NCBI GenBank assembly: GCA_035312605.1
Contig: DATGBR010000168.1
Span: 1 to 55,528 of the forward strand
Reading direction: 5' to 3'
Length of the DNA stretch: 55,528 bases
Origin: Candidatus Methylomirabilota bacterium
Lineage (GTDB): Bacteria; Methylomirabilota; Methylomirabilia; Rokubacteriales; CSP1-6
Both the position numbers and the translations under genes were made by a program. Every line of letters starts with the position of its first letter. The first letter of the stretch is position 1. Under the pieces are notes generated by a model. It worked only from the letters and a program-made list of their open reading frames with translations, was not told the DNA's origin and ran no database searches. Shown one piece after another: positions 24,371 through 34,514 of the stretch.

Positions 24371-25306
24371 ATGACCGTCAAGTACCGCATCGGCATCATG
24401 CCGGGCCCGTGGCCGCCCGGCCGCGACGGCGCGGGCTTCCTGTGGACCCTCTGCGACATGCTCGAGCGGAGCGACGTGGACTCGATCTGGCTCTCCGATC
24501 GCCTCTCCTCCCCCGCCCCGGTCCCCGAGGTCATGACCACGCTCGCCGCGATCGCCGCGCGCACCACCCGGCTCAAGTTCGGGCCCAGCGTGGTCGTGCT
24601 CCCGTACCGCACGCCGGTGGTGGCGGCCAAGGAGATGGCCACGGTGGACTGGCTCTCGCAGGGGCGGCTCTTCCCCGCGGTGGGGGTGGGAGTCGAGCTG
24701 CCGCGCGAGTTCGACGCCTCCGGCGTGCCCTTCGCCGAGCGCGGGCGCCGCACCGATGAAGCCATCCGGGTGATGCGCCTGCTCTGGACGCAGGACGAGG
24801 TGACCTTCCAGGGCGACTTCTACAAGCTGGACCGGGTGTCGATCTTCCCCAAGCCGTGGCAGACGCCTCCGCCGATCTGGATCGGGGGCAAGAGCCTAGC
24901 CGCCATGCGGCGGACCGCGCGGCTCGGCGACGGCTGGATCCCGTCCTTCATCACGCCGGACGAGATGCGGGCCGGGATCCAGCAGGTGCACGACCTGGCC
25001 GCCGCGGCGGGACGCCAGGTGCCGGAGGATCACTTCGGCACCCTCATCAACTACGCGCTCGCCGACTCGGAGGCGGCCGCACTGGCGATGGCCCAGCCCT
25101 ACATCCCGCGCGGACGGGTGGACGAGTCCACCATGCGTCAGTGCACCGCCTTCGGACCGGCCGGGCGCCTGCTCGAGAAGGTGGAGGAGTACGTGAAGGC
25201 GGGCGCCTCGAAGTTCATCCTGCGGCCCCTCTGCCCGCCCGATCGCATGCTCGAGCAGCTCGCCCTCGTGGCCGAGCACGTCTGCCCGGAGTATCACCCC
25301 CGCTGA
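24371..25306 (+). CDS. LLM class (luciferase-like) flavin/F420-dependent oxidoreductase
   Basis: 311 aa. TIM-barrel LLM pattern (DSIWLSDRL, LKFGPSVVVLPYRTPV, WTQDEVTFQGDFYKL, PPIWIGG). Confidence 0.85.
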   Translation: MTVKYRIGIMPGPWPPGRDGAGFLWTLCDMLERSDVDSIWLSDRLSSPAPVPEVMTTLAAIAARTTRLKFGPSVVVLPYRTPVVAAKEMATVDWLSQGRLFPAVGVGVELPREFDASGVPFAERGRRTDEAIRVMRLLWTQDEVTFQGDFYKLDRVSIFPKPWQTPPPIWIGGKSLAAMRRTARLGDGWIPSFITPDEMRAGIQQVHDLAAAAGRQVPEDHFGTLINYALADSEAAALAMAQPYIPRGRVDESTMRQCTAFGPAGRLLEKVEEYVKAGASKFILRPLCPPDRMLEQLALVAEHVCPEYHPR

Positions 25307-25344
25307 GATTAGGCCCGCCTCGCGCGGCCTCGTATACTGCAGGC

Positions 25345-26322
25345 ATGCACCGACTCGAACGTCTGGCTCTCGCGCTCCTCGTCGCCCTCGCCCTGCCGTC
25401 CCTGGGCGGGTGCTCGCTGGTCACCCTCGACTTCCAGCCCAAGATCCGGCCGCTCGAGGAAGAGACGGTGGAGGGCAAGGGGTCGAGCAAGATCCTGATG
25501 CTCGACCTCTCGGGGATGCTCTCCGAGGACCTCCCGAGCTTCTCCCTGGGCGCGCCGCCCCCGCGCGTCCCGCTCCTGGCCCGCGTGCGGGAGGAGCTCG
25601 CCAAGGCGGAGAAGGACGACCACGTGCGCGGCCTGATCGTGCGCATCAACAGTCCGGGCGGCACCATCACGGCGTCCGACGTGCTGTACCACGAGATCCT
25701 CACCTTCAAGCAGCGGAAGAAGGTCCCGGTCGTCGCCGCGATCATGGACGTGGGCGCCTCCGGAGGCTACTACGCGGCCCTCGCCGCCGACACCATCGTG
25801 GTCAACCCCACCACCATCACCGGCAGCATCGGGGTGGTGATGGTAACCCTCAACGCCCAGGGGCTGATGCAGAAGATCGGGGTCGCGCCGCTCGCGATCA
25901 AATCGGGCCCCATGAAGGACGCGGGCTCGCCGTTCCGCTCCCTCACCGCGCCCGAGCTGGCCGTGTTCCAGACCATGATCGACGAGATGTACGGCCGCTT
26001 CGTGAGCCTGATCGTGCAGTCGCGCAAGCTGCCCGAGGACCGGGTCCGCGCGCTCGCCGACGGTCGCATCTACACCGCGGATCAGGCCCTCCGCCTCGGC
26101 CTGGTCGACCGCATCGGGTACCTCGAGGACGTGGTCGAGCTGACCCGGGAGGCCGCGAAGCTCGACGAGGCGCGGGTGGTGATGTACCACCGCCCCAAGG
26201 AGTACCGCGCCAACATCTACTCGAGCAGCCAGGCGCCGGCCACCGCGGAGAGCACCCTGGGCCAGTTCGCGACCGCGCTCGGGGTCAGCGGGCCGCGCTT
26301 CCTGTACCTCTGGTGGCCCTAG
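25345..26322 (+). CDS. sppA: signal peptide peptidase SppA, 36K type (lipoprotein)
   Basis: In-frame ATG 25345. Lipobox LGGC. RINSPGGTITASD and the catalytic region GASGGYY. 325 aa. Confidence 0.9.
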   Translation: MHRLERLALALLVALALPSLGGCSLVTLDFQPKIRPLEEETVEGKGSSKILMLDLSGMLSEDLPSFSLGAPPPRVPLLARVREELAKAEKDDHVRGLIVRINSPGGTITASDVLYHEILTFKQRKKVPVVAAIMDVGASGGYYAALAADTIVVNPTTITGSIGVVMVTLNAQGLMQKIGVAPLAIKSGPMKDAGSPFRSLTAPELAVFQTMIDEMYGRFVSLIVQSRKLPEDRVRALADGRIYTADQALRLGLVDRIGYLEDVVELTREAAKLDEARVVMYHRPKEYRANIYSSSQAPATAESTLGQFATALGVSGPRFLYLWWP

Positions 26323-26360
26323 GCGGGCGGCCCGGTGGTGGCCCTAGGCGGGCGGCCCGG
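26311..26360. repeat. perfect tandem duplication of a 25-bp unit (TGGTGGCCCTAGGCGGGCGGCCCGG x2)
   Basis: Copies at 26311-26335 and 26336-26360 are identical. Copy 1 supplies the sppA stop (TAG 26320-26322). Copy 2 supplies the kinase stop on the other strand (26344-26346). Confidence 0.9.
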
Positions 26361-28860
26361 CTGAGCCGAGCCGGGGCCGGTCCCGGTCGAGCGCGTCGCG
26401 GACCTTGTGTCCGAGCGCGGCGGGCGTGAAGGGCTTCTGGATGAACATGGTGTCCGGCTCGAGGACCCCGTGGCGCACGATCGCCTCATTCGTGTAGCCG
26501 GACATGTAGAGCACCTGCAGCTCGGGCCGGAGCGGGCGCAGTCGCTCGGCGAGGGCCCGCCCGCTCTGCCGCGGCATGATGACGTCGGTCAGCAGCAGGC
26601 GGATGGGCCCCGCGTGGCGCTCCGCGATCAGCACCGCGTCCTGGGGATCGCACGCCTGGAGCACGGTGTAGCCGCTCGCCTCCAGGATCTCGCGCGCGAG
26701 ATCTCGCACCTCCGGCTCGTCCTCCACCAGCAACACGGTCTCGTCACCGGGCGGCACCGGGGCGGCCGCCGACCTCGTCGGGCCGGGCTCACTCGCCTGC
26801 TCCGCCACGCGCGGCAGGTAGATCTTGAAGCTGGTGCCGCGCCCCCGCTCGCTCGAGAGCTGGATGTCGCCGCCGCTCTGCTTGACGATGCCGTACACGG
26901 TGGCCAGGCCCAGGCCGGTGCCCTTCCCGGGACCCTTCGTGGTGAAGAAGGGCTCGAACACCCGCGAGCGTGTCTGCTCGTCCATTCCCTCTCCGGTGTC
27001 GGTCACCTCCAGCATGACGTAGGGCCCGGCCGGCACCGTGAGGTGCCGGCTCGCGTAGGCCGCGTCGAGCTCCACCTCGGCGGTCTCGATCGTGAGGCGG
27101 CCCCCCTCGGGCATCGCGTCGCGGGCGTTGACGACCAGGTTGACGATGACCTGCTCGAGCTGGCCGGGGTCGGCCCTGACGCGTCCGAGTCCCTCGGCGG
27201 GAATCACCGAGAGGTCGATGTCCTCTCCGATGAGCCGGCCCAGCATCGGCTCCATGCCGGTCACCACCGCGTTGAGGTTCAGCACCTGGGGCTGGAGCAC
27301 CTGCTTGCGGCTGAAGGCGAGGAGCTGATGGGTGAGCGCCGCGGCGCGGTCCGCGGTGCTGCGAACCAGGGTGGCGTCCCGGTGGATCGGCTCCTCGGGG
27401 CGAATGCGCGAGAGGATCAGCTGCGCGCGGCCCGCGATCACGGTGAGCAAGTTGTTGAAGTCGTGGGCGATCCCCCCGGCGAGGCGCCCGATCGCGTCCA
27501 TCTTCTGGGACTGGCGGAGCTGCTCCTCCAGATGGCGCCGCTCCCCGATGTCCTTGAGGACGCCGAGGGTGCCGACCTCCGCGCCGGCCGGGTCGCGAAG
27601 CATTGCGATCGACGCGCTGACCTCGACGCGTCGGCCGTCCTTGGCGAGGAAGCCGGTCTCGTAGTTCCGCAGCGGACCCTCGAGGACGAGACGCTGCCGT
27701 ACCACCCGCGCCTCCTCGATCCCGCCCGGATAGAGGTTGGCCACCGCCTCTCCGATCATCTCGTCGGCGCGGCAGCCGAACATCGCCTCGGCTCCCCGGC
27801 TGAAGTAGGTCACCCGCCCCTGCCCGTCGGTGGTGACGATCGCGTCCGGGGAGTGGTCGGTGATGGACTGGAGGAAGTCCCGCGCGTCCCGGATCTCGCG
27901 GTAGAGAGCCGAGTTCTCGAGGGCCACCGCGCCCTGGCCCACGAACGCGGCGAGCAGGGCCAGCTCGTCCTCGGTGTAGGTACGGCCCGCCACGTCGCCC
28001 AGGCCCAGCACCCCGATGACCCGGTCCCCCGCCTTGAGCGGCATCGCGAGCACCGAGCGGAACCCGGCCGCGCGCACCTGCTCCGGGGCCCAGGCCGGCA
28101 GCGAGATCTTCGGGTCGTCGAGCACGTCGGGGGTCCAGACGCACCGCTCCTCCGCCACCGCGCGGCCCGCGACGCCCTCGCCCACCATCATGGTCCGGCC
28201 GCGCCACGTCTCCGCGTCGCCGATGCCCGCGGCCGCGATGCAGAGGAGCTGCCCGGTCTCCCGCTGCAAGCGGTAGAGCGTCGAATGCCGGGCGTCGAAC
28301 ACCCGAACCACCGAGGTCGCGATCTGGCGGGCCACGTCCGCGGGCTCGAGTCCTCCGGCCAGCTCGCGCCCGGTCTCGATGAGGGCGGCGGCCGACATCT
28401 CGGTGCGGCGGCGCTCGGTGATGTCCGAGTGGGCGATGACCGCGGCGCCCCCTTCGAGCGGGGTCACCGTCAACATGAACCACCGCGGGTCGTCGGAGCT
28501 GTGGCTGGCGTAGTCGAGGGTGAAGATCGGCAGCTCGCGCCGGAGCACGCGGGCGACGCCCGCCTGCGCCCGGGGACTCCGCGGGCAGCCCGCCAGCGTC
28601 CCGTCGCGGCAGATCGCGAAGTAGTCCAGGCCCACGCCCTCCGCGACCGCGGGGCCGGCGCCGTTCTCCCGGCCGAAGCGCCGCCACGCCTCGTTCGCGG
28701 CCGCGATGACGCCGTGGTCGTCGACGATCACGGTCATCGCGGGGAGCGCGTCGAGCAGGACCCGGCCCAGTCCTCCGGCCCATGCGCCCGGCGTCGCCGG
28801 GCCCGAAACGGCACCGGCCGACGTCCCACGCACCGATCCTCGACCGCCACCCATGGTCAC
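26344..28860 (-). CDS. hybrid sensor histidine kinase/response regulator (PAS-GAF-PAS-HisKA-HATPase-REC)
   Basis: H-box [11 protein letters not shown] box [17 protein letters not shown] and GTGLGL. C-terminal receiver [13 protein letters not shown]...LTDVIMP. Confidence 0.9.
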   Translation of the reverse strand: MTMGGGRGSVRGTSAGAVSGPATPGAWAGGLGRVLLDALPAMTVIVDDHGVIAAANEAWRRFGRENGAGPAVAEGVGLDYFAICRDGTLAGCPRSPRAQAGVARVLRRELPIFTLDYASHSSDDPRWFMLTVTPLEGGAAVIAHSDITERRRTEMSAAALIETGRELAGGLEPADVARQIATSVVRVFDARHSTLYRLQRETGQLLCIAAAGIGDAETWRGRTMMVGEGVAGRAVAEERCVWTPDVLDDPKISLPAWAPEQVRAAGFRSVLAMPLKAGDRVIGVLGLGDVAGRTYTEDELALLAAFVGQGAVALENSALYREIRDARDFLQSITDHSPDAIVTTDGQGRVTYFSRGAEAMFGCRADEMIGEAVANLYPGGIEEARVVRQRLVLEGPLRNYETGFLAKDGRRVEVSASIAMLRDPAGAEVGTLGVLKDIGERRHLEEQLRQSQKMDAIGRLAGGIAHDFNNLLTVIAGRAQLILSRIRPEEPIHRDATLVRSTADRAAALTHQLLAFSRKQVLQPQVLNLNAVVTGMEPMLGRLIGEDIDLSVIPAEGLGRVRADPGQLEQVIVNLVVNARDAMPEGGRLTIETAEVELDAAYASRHLTVPAGPYVMLEVTDTGEGMDEQTRSRVFEPFFTTKGPGKGTGLGLATVYGIVKQSGGDIQLSSERGRGTSFKIYLPRVAEQASEPGPTRSAAAPVPPGDETVLLVEDEPEVRDLAREILEASGYTVLQACDPQDAVLIAERHAGPIRLLLTDVIMPRQSGRALAERLRPLRPELQVLYMSGYTNEAIVRHGVLEPDTMFIQKPFTPAALGHKVRDALDRDRPRLGSAGPPA

Positions 28861-28891
28861 GCGCTGGTCCGCCAGAGCTCGATCTCCCGCG

Positions 28892-29218
28892 CTACACCGA
28901 GCGCTGGAACTCCCGCGCGGAGATCCCGTACCGCTTCATCTTTCCGTGCAGCGTGGTGTAGTTCGTGCGCAGTAGCCGCGCCGCGTGGCTCTTGTTGCCG
29001 AGCGTGCTGGCCAGCGCGCGGCGGATCGCCTCCACCTCCGCCCGGGTCACCGCCGAATCGACGATCTGCCGGAGCGAGAAGAGTCCGACGCGCATCGGGG
29101 CGCGGCTCGCCGCCGGCGATTCGGCCAGCGGCGGTCGCAGAGCCTCGACGGCGGGCTGGGACGGGGCCCCGAGATCGGGGACGGAGAACCACCGCGGGGC
29201 GGCCTCGAGAGTGCTCAT
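28892..29218 (-). CDS. stand-alone Fis-type HTH (HTH_8) protein, paralog of the DNA-binding domain of the adjacent sigma-54 activator
   Basis: ATG 29218, preceded by GAAGGAGAG and a perfect sigma-54 promoter. C-terminal IRRALASTLGNKSHAARLLRTNYTTLHGKMKRYGISAREF. The N-terminal ~60 aa are Pro/Ala-rich. Confidence 0.7.
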   Translation of the reverse strand: MSTLEAAPRWFSVPDLGAPSQPAVEALRPPLAESPAASRAPMRVGLFSLRQIVDSAVTRAEVEAIRRALASTLGNKSHAARLLRTNYTTLHGKMKRYGISAREFQRSV

Positions 29219-29272
29219 GTCTTGCTCTCCTTCAGTGGTGGTGACGTGGTACGAAGCCACACTGATAGCCGG

Positions 29273-29288
29273 GCAAGGGCAGTGCCAA
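29273..29288 (-). promoter_or_regulatory. sigma-54 (-24/-12) promoter upstream of the stand-alone HTH gene and hybrid kinase
   Basis: The minus strand reads TTGGCAC-TGCCC-TTGCC, a perfect TGGCAC-N5-TTGC core. It lies ~55 nt upstream of ATG 29218, with GAAGGAGAG SD in between. Confidence 0.75.
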
Positions 29289-29401
29289 GGCGCGCGACCC
29301 CGAGTCGAGAGCCGGGCCCGAGCGATTCTCGCTACTTACGTGATCGACCGGGTGGGGCGCGGCCGGTGGAAAGCGCGGACAATAGCGGAGCGGCACCAGA
29401 G

Positions 29402-29421
29402 CTATGGCGGGGGCGCCATAG
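29402..29421. promoter_or_regulatory. candidate enhancer (UAS) palindrome CTATGGCG-GGGG-CGCCATAG
   Basis: Perfect 8-bp inverted arms with a 4-nt spacer, about 115 nt upstream of the -24 element. This is the usual distance range for bEBP binding sites. Confidence 0.4.
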
Positions 29422-29447
29422 GAAGACGGCCAGGGACGGACGCCGGT

Positions 29448-30839
<1,392 letters not shown>

Positions 30840-30843
30840 CGGA

Positions 30844-31686
30844 TCATCCCGTGGCCCGGAGCTGGTAGATGGCGACGTGACGGATCGACGCCACCGGCCG
30901 CGTCCCCTCCGCCACCAGGAGCAGGTCCAGCTCCACGAACTCGTGCCCCTTGCCCCGGAAGAGGTTCTTCACCTTGGCGCGCGTGGCCAGACGCTCCCCC
31001 AGCCGGGGCACGGTGAGATGCTGGCCGTGGCTCTCCACGTGGATCCACGGGCTCACCCGCACGTTGCGGTCCAGCGCCCGGTTGGCCTGATCGAGGTAGA
31101 GCCCGGGGTGCGCGGGGGCGTCGGCGTCCCGGTAGACCGGCAGCGTGTCGCTCACGCGCGTGAGGAACGCGTCGATCACCGACCGCTCGAGCAGCAGCTC
31201 GGGCGAGCCCAGGATCGTGTGCCCCGCGAGGTGGGCCCGGGTCGCCACCGGTCGCTCGGCGGGGAGCGGAGCGGCGGGATAGGCGGCCAGCTCCGGCAGC
31301 GCCAGCAGCGGACCGAGCGGCAGCCCCATCGTCGCGGTGGCGCACACCTCGTCCTCGTCGTTCACCACCCGCGCCTGGATCGTGACCTCGTCCTTGGAGT
31401 GCGCGGCGACGCTCGTGCGCACCGTGACCGGCTGGCCGAAATAGACCGGCTTGGCGAAGCGCACCGAGAACCGCCCGTGATCGAGCCACGCGCCGCCGAG
31501 CGCGGCCACCACCGGGCGCGTCATCCACGCGTAGACCGTCACCCCGGGCACCAGCCCGCCGCGAAACCCGAACTCGCGGGCGAGCCCGTCCTCGTGGATC
31601 TTGTTCTCCCACGCGTCGTGCGTCGGGGTGGCGCTCACCCGGTATTCCGGGAGCTCGGTCCCCACGACGAGGGCGTCGAGGCTCAT
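30844..31686 (-). CDS. MaoC-like double hotdog-fold protein
   Basis: Start at ATG 31686 (GAGGA SD). N-terminal half has NKIHEDGLAREFGFRGGLVPG (MaoC-type). The C-terminal half reads as a second hotdog-like module. 280 aa. 4-nt gap to the activator gene. Confidence 0.65.
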   Translation of the reverse strand: MSLDALVVGTELPEYRVSATPTHDAWENKIHEDGLAREFGFRGGLVPGVTVYAWMTRPVVAALGGAWLDHGRFSVRFAKPVYFGQPVTVRTSVAAHSKDEVTIQARVVNDEDEVCATATMGLPLGPLLALPELAAYPAAPLPAERPVATRAHLAGHTILGSPELLLERSVIDAFLTRVSDTLPVYRDADAPAHPGLYLDQANRALDRNVRVSPWIHVESHGQHLTVPRLGERLATRAKVKNLFRGKGHEFVELDLLLVAEGTRPVASIRHVAIYQLRATG

Positions 31687-31693
31687 CCCGTCC

Positions 31694-32377
31694 TCAGGGC
31701 TTAGGAACGGTGCCGCCGTAGCCTCCGGCGAGATCCTGCTCCGCGTTCCATCGGACCCAGGTCGTCTCGAGCGGATCCACCGCAATCGCGACCGGCTGAG
31801 CGGGAACGCCCGACGCGGGAACGACGAGCTGCTGCGGGCCCGTCAGCGTCCGCTCCCACTGCCGGTCCGGCCCCGCGCATACCGCGCTCCCGTGATGGAC
31901 CTGCACGAGCAGGGCGCCGTCCGCGCTGCGTCGAAGCCCCGCCCCGGCGCCGCGAACCGTGACCACCGCCGGCCCGGCCCGCACCTCGATCTGCGTCGGC
32001 GCGGGGCTGCCCGGCATCACCGCGACCCAGAGCCATCCGCTGTCGAGCCGGATGCGGGTCGGGCCCGGCGTGGTCGCGGCTCCGTCGGAGGCCATCACCG
32101 CAATCTGCGAGTGCGAGCCGAGCCGCAACGCCTGACCGCTGGCGGTCCGGATGGTGACTCGCCCGCCCAGCTGGGTGCGGAGGCTGTCGCCTTCTCCCAA
32201 TTCGGCCCGCAGGGTCGCCGGCGCCCACGCGGGCGTGTCCTTCCGGTGCAGCTCGGCGACACCGCCGAGCGTCACGAGCTGGGCGGGCAGCTCGCGCGGC
32301 TGCGCCCACGCTCCGGGGGCGACGGCACCGACGAGAACGACCCCACCCAGGACGGCCGCCCGCAAGATCTTGGGCAC
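31694..32377 (-). CDS. FecR domain-containing secreted protein
   Basis: Signal peptide (AVLGGVVLVGAVAPGAWAQP). FecR-like pattern LGEGDSLRTQLGGRVTIRTASGQALRLGSHSQI. GTG start with GGAGG SD. Confidence 0.7.
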   Translation of the reverse strand: MPKILRAAVLGGVVLVGAVAPGAWAQPRELPAQLVTLGGVAELHRKDTPAWAPATLRAELGEGDSLRTQLGGRVTIRTASGQALRLGSHSQIAVMASDGAATTPGPTRIRLDSGWLWVAVMPGSPAPTQIEVRAGPAVVTVRGAGAGLRRSADGALLVQVHHGSAVCAGPDRQWERTLTGPQQLVVPASGVPAQPVAIAVDPLETTWVRWNAEQDLAGGYGGTVPKP

Positions 32378-32588
32378 GCTCAGACCTCCGTGGACTTCGG
32401 TTGGTGTCCCGGACAGCGTAGCACGGGCAGGCGTGGATACTTCGCAAACGCCGGGTCCCGACTCGCGAGCGCGCAGAGCCAGAACGCAGATCCGCGTCCC
32501 GACACGATGCAGCGACCGTGGAGGCAGCCGGCGCAGAGCCCGGGGTCTTCGGTCGACGCGCGCGCTCCCTCCGGCGGCCGGGAAATGG

Positions 32589-33148
32589 CTAGCGGCCGGT
32601 GAAGCGCGGGGGCCGCTTCTCGAAGAAGGCGGCGATTCCCTCGCGCGCGTCGTCGGACAGTGCCACCAGCGTGATCAGCTCCCGGAGATAGCGCAGCGCC
32701 GCGCCGGCGCCATCACGATCAGCGGGAGCAGGCCGACCTTGCTCTCGGGCAGGCCGAAGACCGCGTCGTCCGCCGCCACCACGATGTCGGCCCCGGCGGC
32801 GAGCCCGCAGCCGCCCGCCAGCGCGTAGCCGTGGACCTGCGCGATGACCGGCGTGCGCATCCGGGCCATGTGCTCCAGGATGCGGCCGAGCCCGCCGAAA
32901 GACTCGCGGGCCTGGAGCGTGGTGCCGCGGTCGGCCACGCGGTTGAGGTCCGCGCCCGCGCAGAACGCTCGCTCCCCGGCCCCGCGCAGCACGATGACCC
33001 GCGCATCCGGATCGTCCTCGAGGCGGCGCAGGGTCGCCTCCAGCTCGCGCAGGAGGGCCTCGTTGAGGGCGTTGCGCACCTCGGGGCTGTTGAGGGTCAC
33101 GCGGGCCACGCCGTCGGCCACCTCCACGAGCGGGACCGGCTCGCTCAC
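32589..33148 (-). pseudogene. enoyl-CoA hydratase remnant (internal deletion plus frameshift)
   Basis: The frame from GTG 33148 gives a normal crotonase N-terminal half (FCAGADL, HGYALAGGCGLA, GLPESKVGLLP), then stops at 32675 after ...LIVMAPARRCAISGS. A second frame continues ALRYLRELITLVALSDDAREGIAAFFEKRPPRFTGR to a stop at 32589. About 70 residues of a normal crotonase are missing between the two pieces. Confidence 0.6.
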
Positions 33149-33726
33149 TCCGCCTCCTCGTCGAGCAACGCGAGGAACTGACTCAGGATGCGCGCGGTGG
33201 CCCCCCAGACCAGGTCCTCGGCCGAGACCTGGTAGAAGAGGACCGGGTGCGGCTCGCCGTCTCGCTCCCACAGCTCGGTGCGGAAGATCGCGGGGTCGCG
33301 CAGGGTGGCGAGGGGCACCTCGATGACGCGCTCGATCTCGCGCCCGTCCGGCTTGAACACGACCGGGGCCCGCACGATGCCCACCACCGGGGTGATCACG
33401 AAGTTGGTGGCCCGCGTGGGGGTGTCGTCGAGCAGGCCCAGCACCTCCACCGCCTCGGCGGGCAGCCGGATCTCCTCCCACGCTTCGCGCAGCGCGGTCT
33501 CGACACGCGAGCCGTCGCCGGTCTCCACGACCCCGCCCGGGAACGAGAACTGCCCCTTGTGGTGGGGCACGCCGGACGTCTTCTTGGTGAAGACCAAGTG
33601 GGGACCGTCGCGATCCGTGACCGGCACCAGCACCGCCGCCGAGACCAGATCGCTGCGGTCGAGGGCCACGCGCGGGCGGCGCCTCAGCGCCGCGTCGAGG
33701 CGTCTCCGCAGGGCCTCCAGGTCCAT
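33145..33726 (-). CDS. NUDIX hydrolase, CoA pyrophosphatase type
   Basis: Nudix box GQFSFPGGVVETGDGSRVETALREAWEEIRL, preceded by the LVFTKKTSGVPHHKG segment typical of CoA pyrophosphatases. Confidence 0.85.
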   Translation of the reverse strand: MDLEALRRRLDAALRRRPRVALDRSDLVSAAVLVPVTDRDGPHLVFTKKTSGVPHHKGQFSFPGGVVETGDGSRVETALREAWEEIRLPAEAVEVLGLLDDTPTRATNFVITPVVGIVRAPVVFKPDGREIERVIEVPLATLRDPAIFRTELWERDGEPHPVLFYQVSAEDLVWGATARILSQFLALLDEEAE

Positions 33727-33733
33727 CCGGCGG

Positions 33734-34501
33734 TCAGACGAACCGGCACGACACGCTGCCGAGGCGGGTGAAGGAGGCGCGCGCGGACTGGCCCGCGACG
33801 GGACGCAGCACCTTCGAGATGGAGCCGGTCAGCACGATGTCCCCCGCGCGGAGGCCGCGCCCCATTCGGCCGAGCGTGTTGGCGGCCCACGCGAGCGACA
33901 CCAGTGGGTTGCCCAGTACCTCGGCCGCGGTCTGGGTCGCGACGATCTGGCCGTCCTGCTCGAACACCACGCCCTCGAGGGCCAGGTCGAGGCCTGCGAG
34001 CGGCGTGAGCGGCCGGCCCAGCACGATAGCGTTGGTATACACGCCGTCCGCGATCACGTCGACCCCGCGCGGGGTGCCGCTCAGGCGGAAGTCGATCAGC
34101 TCGAACGACGGCATGGCTCCCTCGACCGCGAGCAGCGCGGAGGCGGCGGTCACCCCCGGTCCGGCCAGGTCCGCCTTGAGGAGGAACGCGACCTCGACCT
34201 CGACGCCGGGCGCGATGAAGCGCGCGACGGGTACCGCGTCCCCGCTCCCGAAGACGCCGGAGCCGAGCAGGAAGCCCAGCACCGGCTCGGTCACTCCGTG
34301 CCGCTCTTGGAGCGCGGCGGTGGTGAAGCCCACCTTCCATCCGATCACGCGCTCGCCGCGCCCGATCAGGGCCTGCTCGAGCTCGCGCTGGAGGGCATAC
34401 GCGCGCTCGAGCGTGAGATCGGGCGTGGATTCGCTCAGCGGGCTCGCCGGGCGGCGCCCCAGGCGACCCGCGAGGAGATGCTCGACGAGAGAGGCGGTCA
34501 C
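33734..34501 (-). CDS. 2-keto-4-pentenoate hydratase family (FAH fold) protein
   Basis: GWKVGFT, EVEVAFLL and AGDIVLTGSISKVLRPVAGQSARASFTRLGSVSCRF match the MhpD/HpcG-type hydratase pattern. Confidence 0.85.
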   Translation of the reverse strand: MTASLVEHLLAGRLGRRPASPLSESTPDLTLERAYALQRELEQALIGRGERVIGWKVGFTTAALQERHGVTEPVLGFLLGSGVFGSGDAVPVARFIAPGVEVEVAFLLKADLAGPGVTAASALLAVEGAMPSFELIDFRLSGTPRGVDVIADGVYTNAIVLGRPLTPLAGLDLALEGVVFEQDGQIVATQTAAEVLGNPLVSLAWAANTLGRMGRGLRAGDIVLTGSISKVLRPVAGQSARASFTRLGSVSCRFV

Positions 34502-34514
34502 GGCGCGGCCCGAC

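Noticed and set aside
26311-26360. Possible CRISPR-like or minisatellite array.
   Set aside because: There are only two directly abutting identical 25-bp copies, with no spacers and no cas genes. It is a simple tandem duplication.
32430-32460. A sigma-54-like element upstream of the FecR-domain gene (minus strand GGGACC-N6-TTGC).
   Set aside because: The GG-to-GC spacing is wrong and the -24 box is poor (GGGACC vs TGGCAC). It is not comparable to the two perfect matches.
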